Positions 24,901 to 40,500 of a DNA stretch of 64,000 bases are shown here, one piece after another. The DNA comes from Eledone cirrhosa (lineage: Eukaryota): the NCBI GenBank assembly GCA_964016885.1, contig OZ024742.1, positions 369,892,001 to 369,956,000 on the forward strand. The letters are read 5' to 3'. The notes under the pieces were generated by a model. That model saw only the letters and a program-made list of their open reading frames with translations, made no database searches and had not been told where the DNA came from. Both the position numbers and the translations under genes were made by a program. Within the stretch, counting starts at the first letter, position 1. The number at the start of each line of letters is the position of its first letter.

Positions 24901-27900
24901 GGTTAGACAGATCCTGTCTCACAATAGATAGGTCAAGACATCCACTGTACAACATCTTATTATCTAGGTTGACATGGGTTAGACAGATCCTGTCTCACAA
25001 TAGATAGGTCAAGACATCCACTGTACATCTTATTGTCTAGGTTGACATGGGTTAGACAGATCCTGTCTCACAATAGACAGGTCAAGACATCCACTGTACA
25101 ACATCTTATTGTCTAGGTTGACATGGGTTAGACAGATCCTGTCTCACAATAGATAGGTCAAGACATCCACTGTACAACATCTTATTGTCTAGGTTGACAT
25201 GGGTTAGACAGATCCCGTCTCACAATAGATAGGTCAAGACATCCACTGTACATCTTATTTTCTAGCTTGACATGGGTTAGACAGATCCTGTCTCACAATA
25301 GATAGGTCAAGACATCCACTGTACAACATCTTATTGTCTAGGTTGACATGGGTTAGACAGATCCAGTCTCACAATAGATAGGTCAAGACATCCACTGTAC
25401 ATCTTATAGTCTAGGTTGACATGGGTTAGACAGATCCTGTCTCAAAATAGACAGGTCAAGACATCCACTGTACATCTTATTGTCTAGGTTGGCATGGGTT
25501 AGACAGATCCTGTCTCACAATAGACAGGTCAAGACATCCACTGTACAACATCTTATTGTCTAGGTTGACATGGGTTAGACAGATCCTGTCTCACAATAGA
25601 CAGTTTAAGACATCCACTGTACAACATCTTATTGTCTAGGTTGACATGGGTTAGACAGATCCTGTCTCACAATAGACAGGTCAAGACATCCACTGTACAA
25701 CATCTTATTGTCTAGGTTGACATGGGTTAGACAGATCCTGTCTCACAATAGACAGTTTAAGACATCCACTGTACAACATCTTATTGTCTAGGTTGACATG
25801 GGTTAGACAGATCCTGTCTCACAATAGACAGGTCAAGACATCCACTGTACAACATCTTATTGTCTAGGGTGACATGGGTTAGACAGATCCTGTCTCACAA
25901 TAGATAGGTCAAGACATCCACTGTACATCTTATAGTCTAGGTTGACATGGGTTAGACAGATCCTGTCTCAAAATAGACAGGTCAAGACATCCACTGTACA
26001 TCTTATTGTCTAGGTTGACATGGGTTAAACAGATCCTGTCTCACAATAGACAGGTCAAGACATCCACTGTACAACATCTTATTGTCTAAGTTGGCATGGG
26101 TTAGACAGAACCTGACTCACAATAGATAGGTCAAGACATCTACTGTACAACATCTTATTGTCTAAGTTGACATTGGTTAGACAGACCTTGTCTCACAATA
26201 GACAGGTCAAGACATCCACTGTACAACATCTTATTGTCTGGGTTGACATGGGTTAGACAGATCCTGTCTCACAATAGACAGGTCAAGACATCCACTGTAC
26301 AACATCTTATTGTCTGGGTTGACATGGGTTAGACAGATCCTGTCTCACAATAGACAGGTCAAGACATCCACTGTACAACATCTTATTGTCTAGGTTGACA
26401 TGGGTTAGACAGATCCAGTCTCACAATAGATAGGTCAAGACATCCACTGTACAACATCTTATTGTCTAGGTTGACATGGGTTAGACAGATCCTGTCTCAC
26501 AATAGACAGGTCAAGTCATCCACTGAACAACATCTTATTGTCTAGGTTGACATGGGTTAGACAGATCCAGTCTCACAATAGATAGGTCAAGACATCCACT
26601 GTACAACATCTTATTGTCTAGGTTGACATGGGTTAGACAGATCCTGTCTCACAATAGACAGGTCAAGACATCCACTGTACAACATCTTATTGTCTAGGTT
26701 GACATGGGTTAGACAGATCCAGTCTCACAATAGATAGGTCAAGACATCCACTGTACAACATCTTATTGTCTAGGTTGACATGGGTTAGACAGATCGAGTC
26801 TCACAATAGATAGGTCAAGACATCCACTGTACATCTTATTATCTAGGGTGACAAGGGTTAGACAGATCCAGTCTCACAACAGATAGGTCAAGACATCCAC
26901 TGTACATCTTATTGTCTAGGTTGACATGGTTTAGACAGATCCTGTCTCACAATAGACAGGTCAAGATATCCACTGTACATCTTATTGACTATGTTGACAT
27001 GGGTTAGACAGATCCTGTCTCACAATAGATAGGTCAAGACATCCACTGTACAACATCTTATTATCTAGGTTGACATGGGTTAGACAGATCCTGTCTCACA
27101 ATAGATAGGTCAAGACATCCACTGTACATCTTATTGTCTAGGTTGACATGGGTTAGACAGATCCTGTCTCACAATAGACAGGTCAAGACATCCACTGTAC
27201 AACATCTTATTGTCTAGGTTGACATGGGTTAGACAGATCCTGTCTCACAATAGATAGGTCAAGACATCCACTGTACAACATCTTATTGTCTAGGTTGACA
27301 TGGGTTAGACAGATCCTGTCTCACAATAGATAGGTCAAGACATCCACTGTACATCTTATTTTCTAGGTTGACATGGGTTAGACAGATCCTGTCTCACAAT
27401 AGATAGGTCAAGACATCCACTGTACAACATCTTATTGTCTAGGTTGACATGGGTTAGACAGATCCAGTCTCACAATAGATAGGTCAAGACATCCACTGTA
27501 CATCTTATAGTCTAGGTTGACATGGGTTAGACAGATCCTGTCTCAAAATAGACAGGTCAAGACATCCACTGTACATCTTATTGTCTAGGTTGACATGGGT
27601 TAGACAGATCCTGTCTCACAATAGACAGGTCAAGTCATCCACTGTACAACATCTTATTGTCTAGGTTGACATGGGTTAGACAGATCCAGTCTCACAATAG
27701 ATAGGTCAAGACATCCACTGTACAACATCTTATTGTCTAGGTTGACATGGGTTAGACAGATCGAGTCTCACAATAGATAGGTCAAGACATCCACTGTACA
27801 TCTTATTGTCTAGGGTGACAAGGGTTAGACAGATCCAGTCTCACAACAGATAGGTCAAGACATCCACTGTACATCTTATTGTCTAGGTTGACATGGTTTA

Positions 27901-30900
27901 GACAGATCCTGTCTCACAGTAGACAGGTCAAGATATCCACTGTACATCTTATTGTCTATGTTGACATGGGTTAGACAGATCCTGTCTCACAATAGATAGG
28001 TCAAGACATCCACTGTACAACATCTTATTATCTAGGTTGACATGGGTTAGACAGATCCTGTCTCACAATAGATAGGTCAAGACATCCCCTGTACATCTTA
28101 TTGTCTAGGTTGACATGGGTTAGACAGATCCTGTCTCACAATAGACAGGTTAAGACATCCACTGTACAATATCTTATTGTCTAGGTTGACATGGGTTAGA
28201 CAGATTCTGTCTGACAATAGATAGATCAAGACATCCACTGTACAACATCTTATTGTCTAGGTTGACATGGGTTAGACAGATCCTGTCCCACAATAGACAG
28301 GTCAAGACATCCACTGTACAACATCTTATTGTCTGGGTTGACATGGGTTAGACAGATCCTGTCTCACAATAGACAGGTCAAGACATCCACTGTACAACAT
28401 CTTATTGTCTAGGTTGACATGGGTTAGACAGATCCAGTCTCACAATAGATAGGTCAAGACATCCACTGTACATCTTATTGTCTATGTTGACATGGGTTAG
28501 ACAGATCCTGTCTCACAATAGATAGGTCAAGACATCCACTGTACAACATCTTATTATCTAGGTTGACATGGGTTAGACAGATCCTGTCTCACAATAGATA
28601 GGTCAAGACATCCACTGTACATCTTATTGTCTAGGTTGACATGGGTTAGACAGATCCTGTCTCACAATAGACAGGTCAAGACATCCACTGTACAACATCT
28701 TATTGTCTAGGTTGACATGGGTTAGACAGATCCTGTCTCACAATAGATAGGTCAAGACATCCACTGTACAACATCTTATTGTCTAGGTTGACATGGGTTA
28801 GACAGATCCCGTCTCACAATAGATAGGTCAAGACATCCACTGTACATCTTATTTTCTAGCTTGACATGGGTTAGACAGATCCTGTCTCACAATAGATAGG
28901 TCAAGACATCCACTGTACAACATCTTATTGTCTAGGTTGACATGGGTTAGACAGATCCAGTCTCACAATAGATAGGTGAAGACATCCACTGTACATCTTA
29001 TAGTCTAGGTTGACATGGGTTAGACAGATCCTGTCTCAAAATAGACAGGTCAAGACATCCACTGTACATCTTATTGTCTAGGTTGGCATGGGTTAGACAG
29101 ATCCTGTCTCACAATAGACAGGTCAAGACATCCACTGTACAACATCTTATTGTCTAGGTTGACATGGGTTAGACAGATCCTGTCTCACAATAGACAGTTT
29201 AAGACATCCACTGTACAACATCTTATTGTCTAGGTTGACATGGGTTAGACAGATCCCTTCTCACAATAGATAGGTCAAGACATCCACTGTACATCTTATT
29301 TTCTAGCTTGACATGGGTTAGACAGATCCTGTCTCACAATAGATAGCTCAAGACATCCACTGTACAACATCTTATTGTCTAGGGTGACATGGGTTAGACA
29401 GATCCTGTCTCACAATAGATAGGTCAAGACATCCACTGTACATCTTATAGTCTAGGTTGACATGGGTTAGACAGATCCTGTCTCAAAATAGACAGGTCAA
29501 GACATCCACTGTACATCTTATTGTCTAGGTTGACATGGGTTAAACAGATCCTGTCTCACAATAGACAGGTCAAGACATCCACTGTACAACATCTTATTGT
29601 CTAAGTTGGCATGGGTTAGACAGAACCTGACTCACAATAGATAGGTCAAGACATCTACTGTACAACATCTTATTGTCTAAGTTGACATTGGTTAGACAGA
29701 CCTTGTCTCACAATAGACAGGTCAAGACATCCACTGTACAACATCTTATTGTCTGGGTTGACATGGGTTAGACAGATCCTGTCTCACAATAGACAGGTCA
29801 AGACATCCACTGTACAACATCTTATTGTCTGGGTTGACATGGGTTAGACAGATCCTGTCTCACAATAGACAGGTCAAGACATCCACTGTACAACATCTTA
29901 TTGTCTAGGTTGACATGGGTTAGACAGATCCAGTCTCACAATAGATAGGTCAAGACATCCACTGTACAACATCTTATTGTCTAGGTTGACATGGGTTAGA
30001 CAGATCCTGTCTCACAATAGACAGGTCAAGTCATCCACTGAACAACATCTTATTGTCTAGGTTGACATGGGTTAGACAGATCCAGTCTCACAATAGATAG
30101 GTCAAGACATCCACTGTACAACATCTTATTGTCTATGTTGACATGGGTTAGACAGATCCTGTCTCACAATAGACAGGTCAAGACATCCACTGTACAACAT
30201 CTTATTGTCTAGGTTGACATGGGTTAGACAGATCCAGTCTCACAATAGATAGGTCAAGACATCCACTGTACAACATCTTATTGTCTAGGTTGACATGGGT
30301 TAGACAGATCGAGTCTCACAATAGATAGGTCAAGACATCCACTGTACATCTTATTATCTAGGGTGACAAGGGTTAGACAGATCCAGTCTCACAACAGATA
30401 GGTCAAGACATCCACTGTACATCTTATTGTCTAGGTTGACATGGTTTAGACAGATCCTGTCTCACAATAGACAGGTCAAGATATCCACTGTACATCTTAT
30501 TGTCTATGTTGACATGGGTTAGACAGATCCTGTCTCACAATAGATAGGTCAAGACATCCACTGTACAACATCTTATTATCTAGGTTGACATGGGTTAGAC
30601 AGATCCTGTCTCACAATAGATAGGTCAAGACATCCACTGTACATCTTATTGTCTAGGTTGACATGGGTTAGACAGATCCTGTCTCACAATAGACAGGTCA
30701 AGACATCCACTGTACAACATCTTATTGTCTAGGTTGACATGGGTTAGACAGATCCTGTCTCACAATAGATAGGTCAAGACATCCACTGTACAACATCTTA
30801 TTGTCTAGGTTGACATGGGTTAGACAGATCCTGTCTCACAATAGATAGGTCAAGACATCCACTGTACATCTTATTTTCTAGGTTGACATGGGTTAGATAG

Positions 30901-31500
30901 ATCCTGTCTCACAATAGATAGGTCAAGACATCCACTGTACAACATCTTATTGTCTAGGTTGACATGGGTTAGACAGATCCAGTCTCACAATAGATAGGTC
31001 AAGACATCCACTGTACATCTTATAGTCTAGGTTGACATGGGTTAGACAGATCCTGTCTCAAAATAGACAGGTCAAGACATCCACTGTACATCTTATTGTC
31101 TAGGTTGACATGGGTTAGACAGATCCTGTCTCACAATAGACAGGTCAAGACATCCACTGTACAACATCTTATTGTCTAGGTTGACATGGGTTAGACAGAT
31201 CCTGTCTCACAATAGACAGTTTAAGACATCCACTGTACAACATATTATTGTCTAGGTTGACATGGGTTAGACAGATCCTGTCTCACAATAGATAGCTCAA
31301 GACATCCACTGTACAACATCTTATTGTCTAGGGTGACATGGGTTAGACAGATCCTGTCTCACAATAGATAGGTCAAGACATCCACTGTACATCTTATAGT
31401 CTAGGTTGACATGGGTTAGACAGATCCTGTCTCAAAATAGACAGGTCAAGACATCCACTGTACATCTTATTGTCTAGGTTGACATGGGTTAGACAGATCC
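16400..31500. repeat. Imperfect higher-order repeat of about 3.5-4.1 kb, 3-4 iterations
   Basis: The marker CTGTACAATATC...GATTCTGTCTGAC occurs at 16483, 20521, 24568 and 28162 (spacings 4038, 4047, 3594). TGGGTTAAAC occurs at 21901, 26021 and 29536. Variant order between markers is similar, with whole-monomer gains and losses. Edges are approximate. Confidence 0.75.
18857..19592. repeat. Local triplication of a 222-bp trimer (73+73+76)
   Basis: CAGATCGAGT occurs at 18921, 19143 and 19365, each followed by the GGGTGACAAGGG...CAACAGATAG monomer and one consensus monomer. Confidence 0.9.
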
Positions 31501-34500
31501 TGTCTCACAATAGACAGGTCAAGACATCCACTGTACAACATCTTATTGTCTAGGTTGACATGGGTTAGACAGATCCTGTCTCACAATAGACAGTTTAAGA
31601 CATCCACTGTTCAACATCTTATTGTCTAGGTTGACATGGGTTAGACAGATCCTGTCTCACAATAGATAGGTCAAGACATCCACTGTACAACATCTTATTG
31701 TCTAGGTTGACATGGGTTAGAGAGATCCTATCTCACAATAGATAGGTCAAGACATCCACTGTACAACATCTTATTGTCTAGGTTGACATGGGTTAGACAG
31801 ATCCTGTCTCACAATAGACAGGTCAAGACATCCACTGTACATCTTATTGTCTAGGTTGACATGGGTTAGACAGATCCTGTCTCACAATAGACAGGTTAAG
31901 ACATCCACTGTACAACATCTTATTGTCTAAGTTGGCATGGGTTAGACAGATCCTGACTCACAATAGATAGGACAAGACATCCACTGTACAACATCTTACT
32001 GTCTAAGTTGACATTGGTTAGACAGACCTTGTCTCACAATAGACAGGTCAAGACATCCACTGTACAACATCTTATTGTCTGGGTCGACATGGGTTAGACA
32101 GATCCTGTCTCACAATGGACAGGTCAAGACATCCACTGTACAACATCTTATTGTCTGGGTTGACATGGGTTAGACAGATCCTGTCTCACAATAGACAGGT
32201 CAAGACATCCACTGTACAACATCTTATTGTCTAGGTTGACATGGGTTAGACAGATCCAGTCTCACAATAGATAGGTCAACACATCCACTGTACAACATCT
32301 TATTGTCTAGGTTGACATGGGTTAGACAGATCCTGTCTCACAATAGACAGGTCAAGTCATCCACTGTACAACATCTTATTGTCTAGGTTGACATGGGTTA
32401 GACAGATCCATTCTCACAATAGATAGGTCAAGACATCCACTGTACAACATCTTATTGTCTAGGTTGACATGGGTTAGACAGATCCTGTCTCACAATAGAC
32501 AGGTCAAGTCATCCACTGTACAACATCTTATTGTCTAGGTTGACATGGGTTAGACAGATCCAGTCTCACAATAGATAGGTCAAGACATCCACTGTACAAC
32601 ATCTTATTGTCTATGTTGACATGGGTTAGACAGATCCTGTCTCACAATAGACAGGTCAAGACATCCACTGTACAACATCTTATTGTCTAGGTTGACATGG
32701 GTTAGACAGATCCTGTCTCACAATAGATAGGTCAAGACATCCACTGTACAACATCTTATTGTCTAGGTTGACATGGGTTAGACAGATCGAGTCTCACAAT
32801 AGATAGGTCAAGACATCCACTGTACATCTTATTGTCTAGGGTGACAAGGGTTAGACAGATCCAGTCTCACAACAGATAGGTCAAGACATCCACTGTACAT
32901 TTTATTGTCTAGGTTGACATGGTTTAGACAGATCCTGTCTCACAATAGACAGGTCAAGATATCCACTGTACATCTTCTTGTCTATGTTGACATGGGTTAG
33001 ACAGATCCTATCTCACAATAGATAGGTCAAGACATCCACTGTACAACATCTTATTATCTAGGTTGACATGGGTTAGACAGATCCTGTCTCACAATAGATA
33101 GGTCAAGACATCCCCTGTACATCTTATTGTCTAGGTTGACATGGGTTAGACAGATCCTGTCTCACAATAGACAGGTTAAGACATCCACTGTACAACATCT
33201 TATTGTCTAGGTTGGCATGGGTTAGACAGATCCTGTCTCACAATAGATAGATCAAGACATCCACTGTACAACATCTTATTGTCTAGGTTGACATGGGTTA
33301 GACAGATCCTGTCCCACAATAGACAGGTCAAGACATCCACTGTACAACATCTTATTGTCTGGGTTGACATGGGTTAGACAGATCCTGTCTCACAATAGAC
33401 AGGTCAAGACATCCACTGTACAACATCTTATTGTCTAGGTTGACATGGGTTAGACAGATCCAGTCTCACAATAGATAGGTCAAGACATCCACTGTACATC
33501 TTATTGTCTATGTTGACATGGGTTAGACAGATCCTGTCTCACAATAGATAGGTCAAGACATCCACTGTACAACATCTTATTATCTAGGTTGACATGGGTT
33601 AGACAGTTCCTGTCTCACAATAGATAGGTCAAGACATCCACTGTACATCTTATTGTCTAGGTTGACATGGGTTAGACAGATCCTGTCTCACAATAGACAG
33701 GTCAAGACATCCACTGTACAACATCTTATTGTCTAGGTTGACATGGGTTAGACAGATCCTGTCTCACAATAGATAGGTCAAGACATCCACTGTACAACAT
33801 CTTATTGTCTAAGTTGACATTGGTTAGACAGACCTTGTCTCACAATAGACAGGTCAAGACATCCACTGTACAACATCTTATTGTCTGGGTCGACATGGGT
33901 TAGACAGATCCTGTCTCACAATGGACAGGTCAAGACATCCACTGTACAACATCTTATTGTCTGGGTTGACATGGGTTAGACAGATCCTGTCTCACAATAG
34001 ACAGGTCAAGACATCCACTGTACAACATCTTATTGTCTAGGTTGACATGGGTTAGACAGATCCAGTCTCACAATAGATAGGTCAACACATCCACTGTACA
34101 ACATCTTATTGTCTAGGTTGACATGGGTTAGACAGATCCTGTCTCACAATAGACAGGTCAAGTCATCCACTGTACAACATCTTATTGTCTAGGTTGACAT
34201 GGGTTAGACAGATCCATTCTCACAATAGATAGGTCAAGACATCCACTGTACAACATCTTATTGTCTAGGTTGACATGGGTTAGACAGATCCTGTCTCACA
34301 ATAGACAGGTCAAGTCATCCACTGTACAACATCTTATTGTCTAGGTTGACATGGGTTAGACAGATCCAGTCTCACAATAGATAGGTCAAGACATCCACTG
34401 TACAACATCTTATTGTCTATGTTGACATGGGTTAGACAGATCCTGTCTCACAATAGACAGGACAAGACATCCACTGTACAACATCTTATTGTCTAGGTTG

Positions 34501-37500
34501 ACATGGGTTAGACAGATCCAGTCTCACAATAGATAGGTCAAGACATCCACTGTACAACATCTTATTGTCTAGGTTGACATGGGTTAGACAGATCGAGTCT
34601 CACAATAGATAGGTCAAGACATCCACTGTACATCTTATTGTCTAGGGTGACAAGGGTTAGACAGATCCAGTCTCACAACAGATAGGTCAAGACATCCACT
34701 GTACATCTTATTGTCTAGGTTGACATGGTTTAGACAGATCCTGTCTCACAATAGACAGGTCAAGATATCCACTGTACATCTTCTTGTCTATGTTGACATG
34801 GGTTAGACAGATCCTGTCTCACAATAGATAGGTCAAGACATCCACTGTACAACATCTTATTATCTAGGTTGACATGGGTTAGACAGATCCTGTCTCACAA
34901 TAGATAGGTCAAGACATCCCCTGTACATCTTATTGTCTAGGTTGACATGGGTTAGACAGATCCTGTCTCACAATAGACAGGTTAAGACATCCACTGTACA
35001 ACATCTTATTGTCTAGGTTGACATGGGTTAGACAGATCCTGTCTCACAATAGATAGATCAAGACATCCACTGTACAACATGTTATTGTCTAGGTTGACAT
35101 GGGTTAGACAGATCCTGTCCCACAATAGACAGGTCAAGACATCTACTGTACAACATCTTATTGTCTAAGTTGACATTGGTTAGACAGACCTTGTCTCACA
35201 ATAGACAGGTCAAGACATCCACTGTACAACATCTTATTGTCTGGGTTGACATGGGTTAGACAGATCCTGTCTCACAATAGACAGGTCAAGACATCCACTG
35301 TACAACATCTTATTGTCTGGGTTGACATGGGTTAGACAGATCCTGTCTCACAATAGACAGGTCAAGACATCCACTGTACAACATCTTATTGTCTAGGTTG
35401 ACATGGGTTAGACAGATCCAGTCTCACAATAGATAGGTCAAGACATCCACTGTACAACATCTTATTGTCTAGGTTGACATGGGTTAGACAGATCCTGTCT
35501 CACAATAGACAGGTCAAGTCATCCACTGTACAACATCTTATTGTCTAGGTTGACATGGGTTAGACAGATCCAGTCTCACAATAGATAGGTCAAGACATCC
35601 ACTGTACAACATCTTATTGTCTAGGTTGACATGGGTTAGACAGATCAAGTCTCACAATAGATAGGTCAAGACATCCACTGTACATCTTATTGTCTATGTT
35701 GACATGGGTTAGACAGATCCTGTCTCACAATAGATAGGTCAAGACATCCACTGTACAACATCTTATTATCTAGGTTGACATGGGTTAGACAGTTCCTGTC
35801 TCACAATAGATAGGTCAAGACATCCACTGTACATCTTATTGTCTAGGTTGACATGGGTTAGACAGATCCTGTCTCACAATAGACAGGTCAAGACATCCAC
35901 TGTACAACATCTTATTGTCTAGGTTGACATGGGTTAGACAGATCCTGTCTCACAATAGATAGGTCAAGACATCCACTGTACAACATCTTATTGTCTAGGT
36001 TGACATGGGTTAGACAGATCCTGTCTCACAATAGATAGGTCAAGACATCCACTGTACATCTTATTTGCTAGGTTGACATGGGTTAGACAGATCCTGTCTC
36101 ACAATAGATAGGTCAAGACATCCACTGTACAACATCTTATTGTCTAGGTTGACATGGGTTAGACAGATCCAGTCTCACAATAGATAGGTCAAGACATCCA
36201 CTGTACATCTTATAGTCTAGGTTGACATGGGTTAGACAGATCCTGTCTCAAAATAGACAGGTCAAGACATCCACTGTACATCTTATTGTCTAGGTTGACA
36301 TGGGTTAGACAGATCCTGTCTCACAATAGACAGGTCAAGACATCCACTGTACAACATCTTATTGTCTAAGTTGGCATGGGTTAGACAGAACCTGACTCAC
36401 AATAGATAGGTCAAGACATCTACTGTACAACATCTTATTGTCTAAGTTGACATTGGTTAGACAGACCTTGTCTCACAATAGACAGGTCAAGACATCCACT
36501 GTACAACATCTTATTGTCTGGGTTGACATGGGTTAGACAGATCCTGTCTCACAATAGACAGGTCAAGACATCCACTGTACAACATCTTATTGTCTGGGTT
36601 GACATGGGTTAGACAGATCCTGTCTCACAATAGACAGGTCAAGACATCCACTGTACAACATCTTATTGTCTAGGTTGACATGGGTTAGACAGATCCAGTC
36701 TCACAATAGATAGGTCAAGACATCCACTGTACAACATCTTATTGTCTAGGTTGACATGGGTTAGACAGATCCTGTCTCACAATAGACAGGTCAAGTCATC
36801 CACTGTACAACATCTTATTGTCTAGGTTGACATGGGTTAGACAGATCCAGTCTCACAATAGATAGGTCAAGACATCCACTGTACAACATCTTATTGTCTA
36901 TGATGACATGGGTTAGACAGATCGAGTCTCACAATAGATAGGTCAAGACATCCACTGTACAACATCTTATTGTCTAGGTTGACATGGTTTAGACAGATCC
37001 TGTCTCACAATAGACAGGTCAAGATATCCACTGTACATCTTATTGTCTATGTTGTAATGGGTTAGACAGATCCTGTCTCACAATAGATAGGTCAAGACAT
37101 CCACTGTACAACATCTTATTATCTAGGTTGACATGGGTTAGACAGATCCTGTCTCACAATAGATAGGTCAAGACATCCACTGTACATCTTATTGTCTAGG
37201 TTGACATGGGTTAGACAGATCCTGTCTCACAATAGACAGGTCAAGACATCCACTGTACAACATCTTATTGTCTAGGTTGACATGGGTTAGACAGATCCTG
37301 TCTCACAATAGATAGGTCAAGACATCCACTGTACAACATCTTATTGTCTAGGTTGACATGGGTTAGACAGATCCTGTCTCACAATAGATAGGTCAAGACA
37401 TCCACTGTACATCTTATTTTCTAGGTTGACATGGGTTAGACAGATCCTGTCTCACAATAGATAGGTCAAGACATCCACTGTACAACATCTTATTGTCTAG

Positions 37501-40500
37501 GTTGACATGGGTTAGACAGATCCAGTCTCACAATAGATAGGTCAAGACATCCACTGTACATCTTATAGTCTAGGTTGACATGGGTTAGACAGATCCTGTC
37601 TCAAAATAGACAGGTCAAGACATCCACTGTACATCTTATTGTCTAGCTTGACATGGGTTAGACAGATCCTGTCTCACAATAGACAGTTTAAGACATCCAC
37701 TGTACAACATATTATCGTCTAGGTTGACATGGGTTAGACAGATCCTGTCTCACAATAGATAGCTCAAGACATCCACTGTACAACATCTTATTGTCTAGGG
37801 TGACATGGGTTAGACAGATCCTGTCTCACAATAGATAGGTCAAGACATCCACTGTACATCTTATAGTCTAGGTTGACATGGGTTAGACAGATCCTGTCTC
37901 AAAATAGACAGGTCAAGACATCCACTGTACATCTTATTGTCTAGGTTGACATGGGTTAGAAAGATCCTGTCTCACAATAGACAGGTCAAGACATCCACTG
38001 TACAACATCTTATTGTCTAGGTTGACATGGGTTAGACAGATCCTGTCTCACAATAGACAGTTTAAGACATCCACTGTTCAACATCTTATTGTCTAGGTTG
38101 ACATGGGTTAGACAGATCCTGTCTCACAATAGATAGATCAAGACATCCACTGTACAACATCTTATTGTCTAGGTTGACATGGGTTAGAGAGATCCTGTCT
38201 CACAATAGATAGGTCAAGACATCCACTGTACAACATCTTATTGTCTAGGTTGACATGGGTTAGACAGATCCTGTCTCACAATAGACAGGTCAAGACATCC
38301 ACTGTACATCTTATTGTCTAGGTTGACATGGGTTAGACAGATCCTGTCTCACAATAGACAGGTTAAGACATCCACTGTACAACATCTTATTGTCTAAGTT
38401 GGCATGGGTTAGACAGATCCTGACTCACAATAGATAGGACAAGACATCCACTGTACAACATCTTATTGTCTAAGTTGACATTGGTTAGACAGACCTTGTC
38501 TCACAATAGACAGGTCAAGACATCCACTGTACAACATCTTATTGTCTGGGTCGACATGGGTTAGAAAATCCTGTCTCACAATGGACAGGTCAAGACATCC
38601 ACTGTACAACATCTTATTGTCTGGGTTGACATGGGTTAGACAGATCCTGTCTCACAATAGACAGGTCAAGACATCCACTGTACAACATCTTATTGTCTAG
38701 GTTGACATGGGTTAGACAGATCCAGTCTCACAATAGATAGGTCAAGACATCCACTGTACAACATCTTATTGTCTAGGTTGACATGGGTTAGACAGATCCT
38801 GTCTCACAATAGACAGGTCAAGTCATCCACTGTACAACATCTTATTGTCTAGGTTGACATGGGTTAGACAGATCCATTCTCACAATAGATAGATCAAGAC
38901 ATCCACTGTACAACATCTCATTGTGTAGGTTGACATGGGTTAGACAGATCCAGTCTCACAATAGATAGGTCAAGACATCCACTGTAAAACATCTTATTGT
39001 CTAGGTTGGCATGGGTTAGACAGATCCAGTCTCACAATAGATAGGTCAAGACATCCACTATACAACATCTTATTGTCTAGGTTGACATGGGTTAGACAGA
39101 TCCTGTCTCACAATAGACAGGTCAAGACATCCACTGTACAACATCTTATTGTCTATGTTGACATGGGTTAGACAGATCCTGTCTCACAATAGACAGGTCA
39201 AGACATCCACTGTACAACATCTTATTGTCTATGTTGACATGTGTTAGACAGATCCTGTCTCACAATAGACAGGTCAAGACATCCACTGTACAACATCTTA
39301 TTGTCTAGGTTGACATGGGTTAGACAGATCCAGTCTCACAATAGATAGGTCAAGTCATCCACTGTACAACATCTTATTGTCTAGGTTGACATGGGTTAGA
39401 CAGATCGAGTCTCACAATAGATAGGTCAAGACATCCACTGTACAACATCTTATTGTCTAGGTTGGCATGGGTTAGACAGATCCTGTCTCACAATAGATAG
39501 CTCAAGACATCCACTGTACAACATCTTATTGTCTAGGGTGACATGGGTTAGACAGATCCTGTCTCACAATAGATAGGTCAAGACATCCACTGTACATCTT
39601 ATAGTCTAGGTTGACATGGGTTAGACAGATCCTGTCTCAAAATAGACAGGTCAAGACATCCACTGTACATCTTATTGTCTAGGTTGACATGGGTTAGACA
39701 GATCCTGTCTCACAATAGACAGGTCAAGACATCCACTGTACAACATCTTATTGTCTAGGTTGACATGGGTTAGACAGATCCTGTCTCACAATAGACAGTT
39801 TAAGACATCCACTGTTCAACATCTTATTGTCTAGGTTGACATGGGTTAGACAGATCCTGTCTCACAATAGATAGGTCAAGACATCCACTGTACAACATCT
39901 TATTGTCTAGGTTGACATGGGTTAGAGAGATCCTATCTCACAATAGATAGGTCAAGACATCCACTGTACAACATCTTATTGTCTAGGTTGACATGGGTTA
40001 GACAGATCCTGTCTCACAATAGACAGGTCAAGACATCCACTGTACATCTTATTGTCTAGGTTGACATGGGTTAGACAGATCCTGTCTCACAATAGACAGG
40101 TTAAGACATCCACTGTACAACATCTTATTGTCTAAGTTGGCATGGGTTAGACAGATCCTGACTCACAATAGATAGGACAAGACATCCACTGTACAACATC
40201 TTATTGTCTAAGTTGACATTGGTTAGACAGACCTTGTCTCACAATAGACAGGTCAAGACATCCACTGTACAACATCTTATTGTCTGGGTCGACATGGGTT
40301 AGACAGATCCTGTCTCACAATGGACAGGTCAAGACATCCACTGTACAACATCTTATTGTCTGGGTTGACATGGGTTAGACAGATCCTGTCTCACAATAGA
40401 CAGGTCAAGACATCCACTGTACAACATCTTATTGTCTAGGTTGACATGGGTTAGACAGATCCAGTCTCACAATAGATAGGTCAACACATCCACTGTACAA

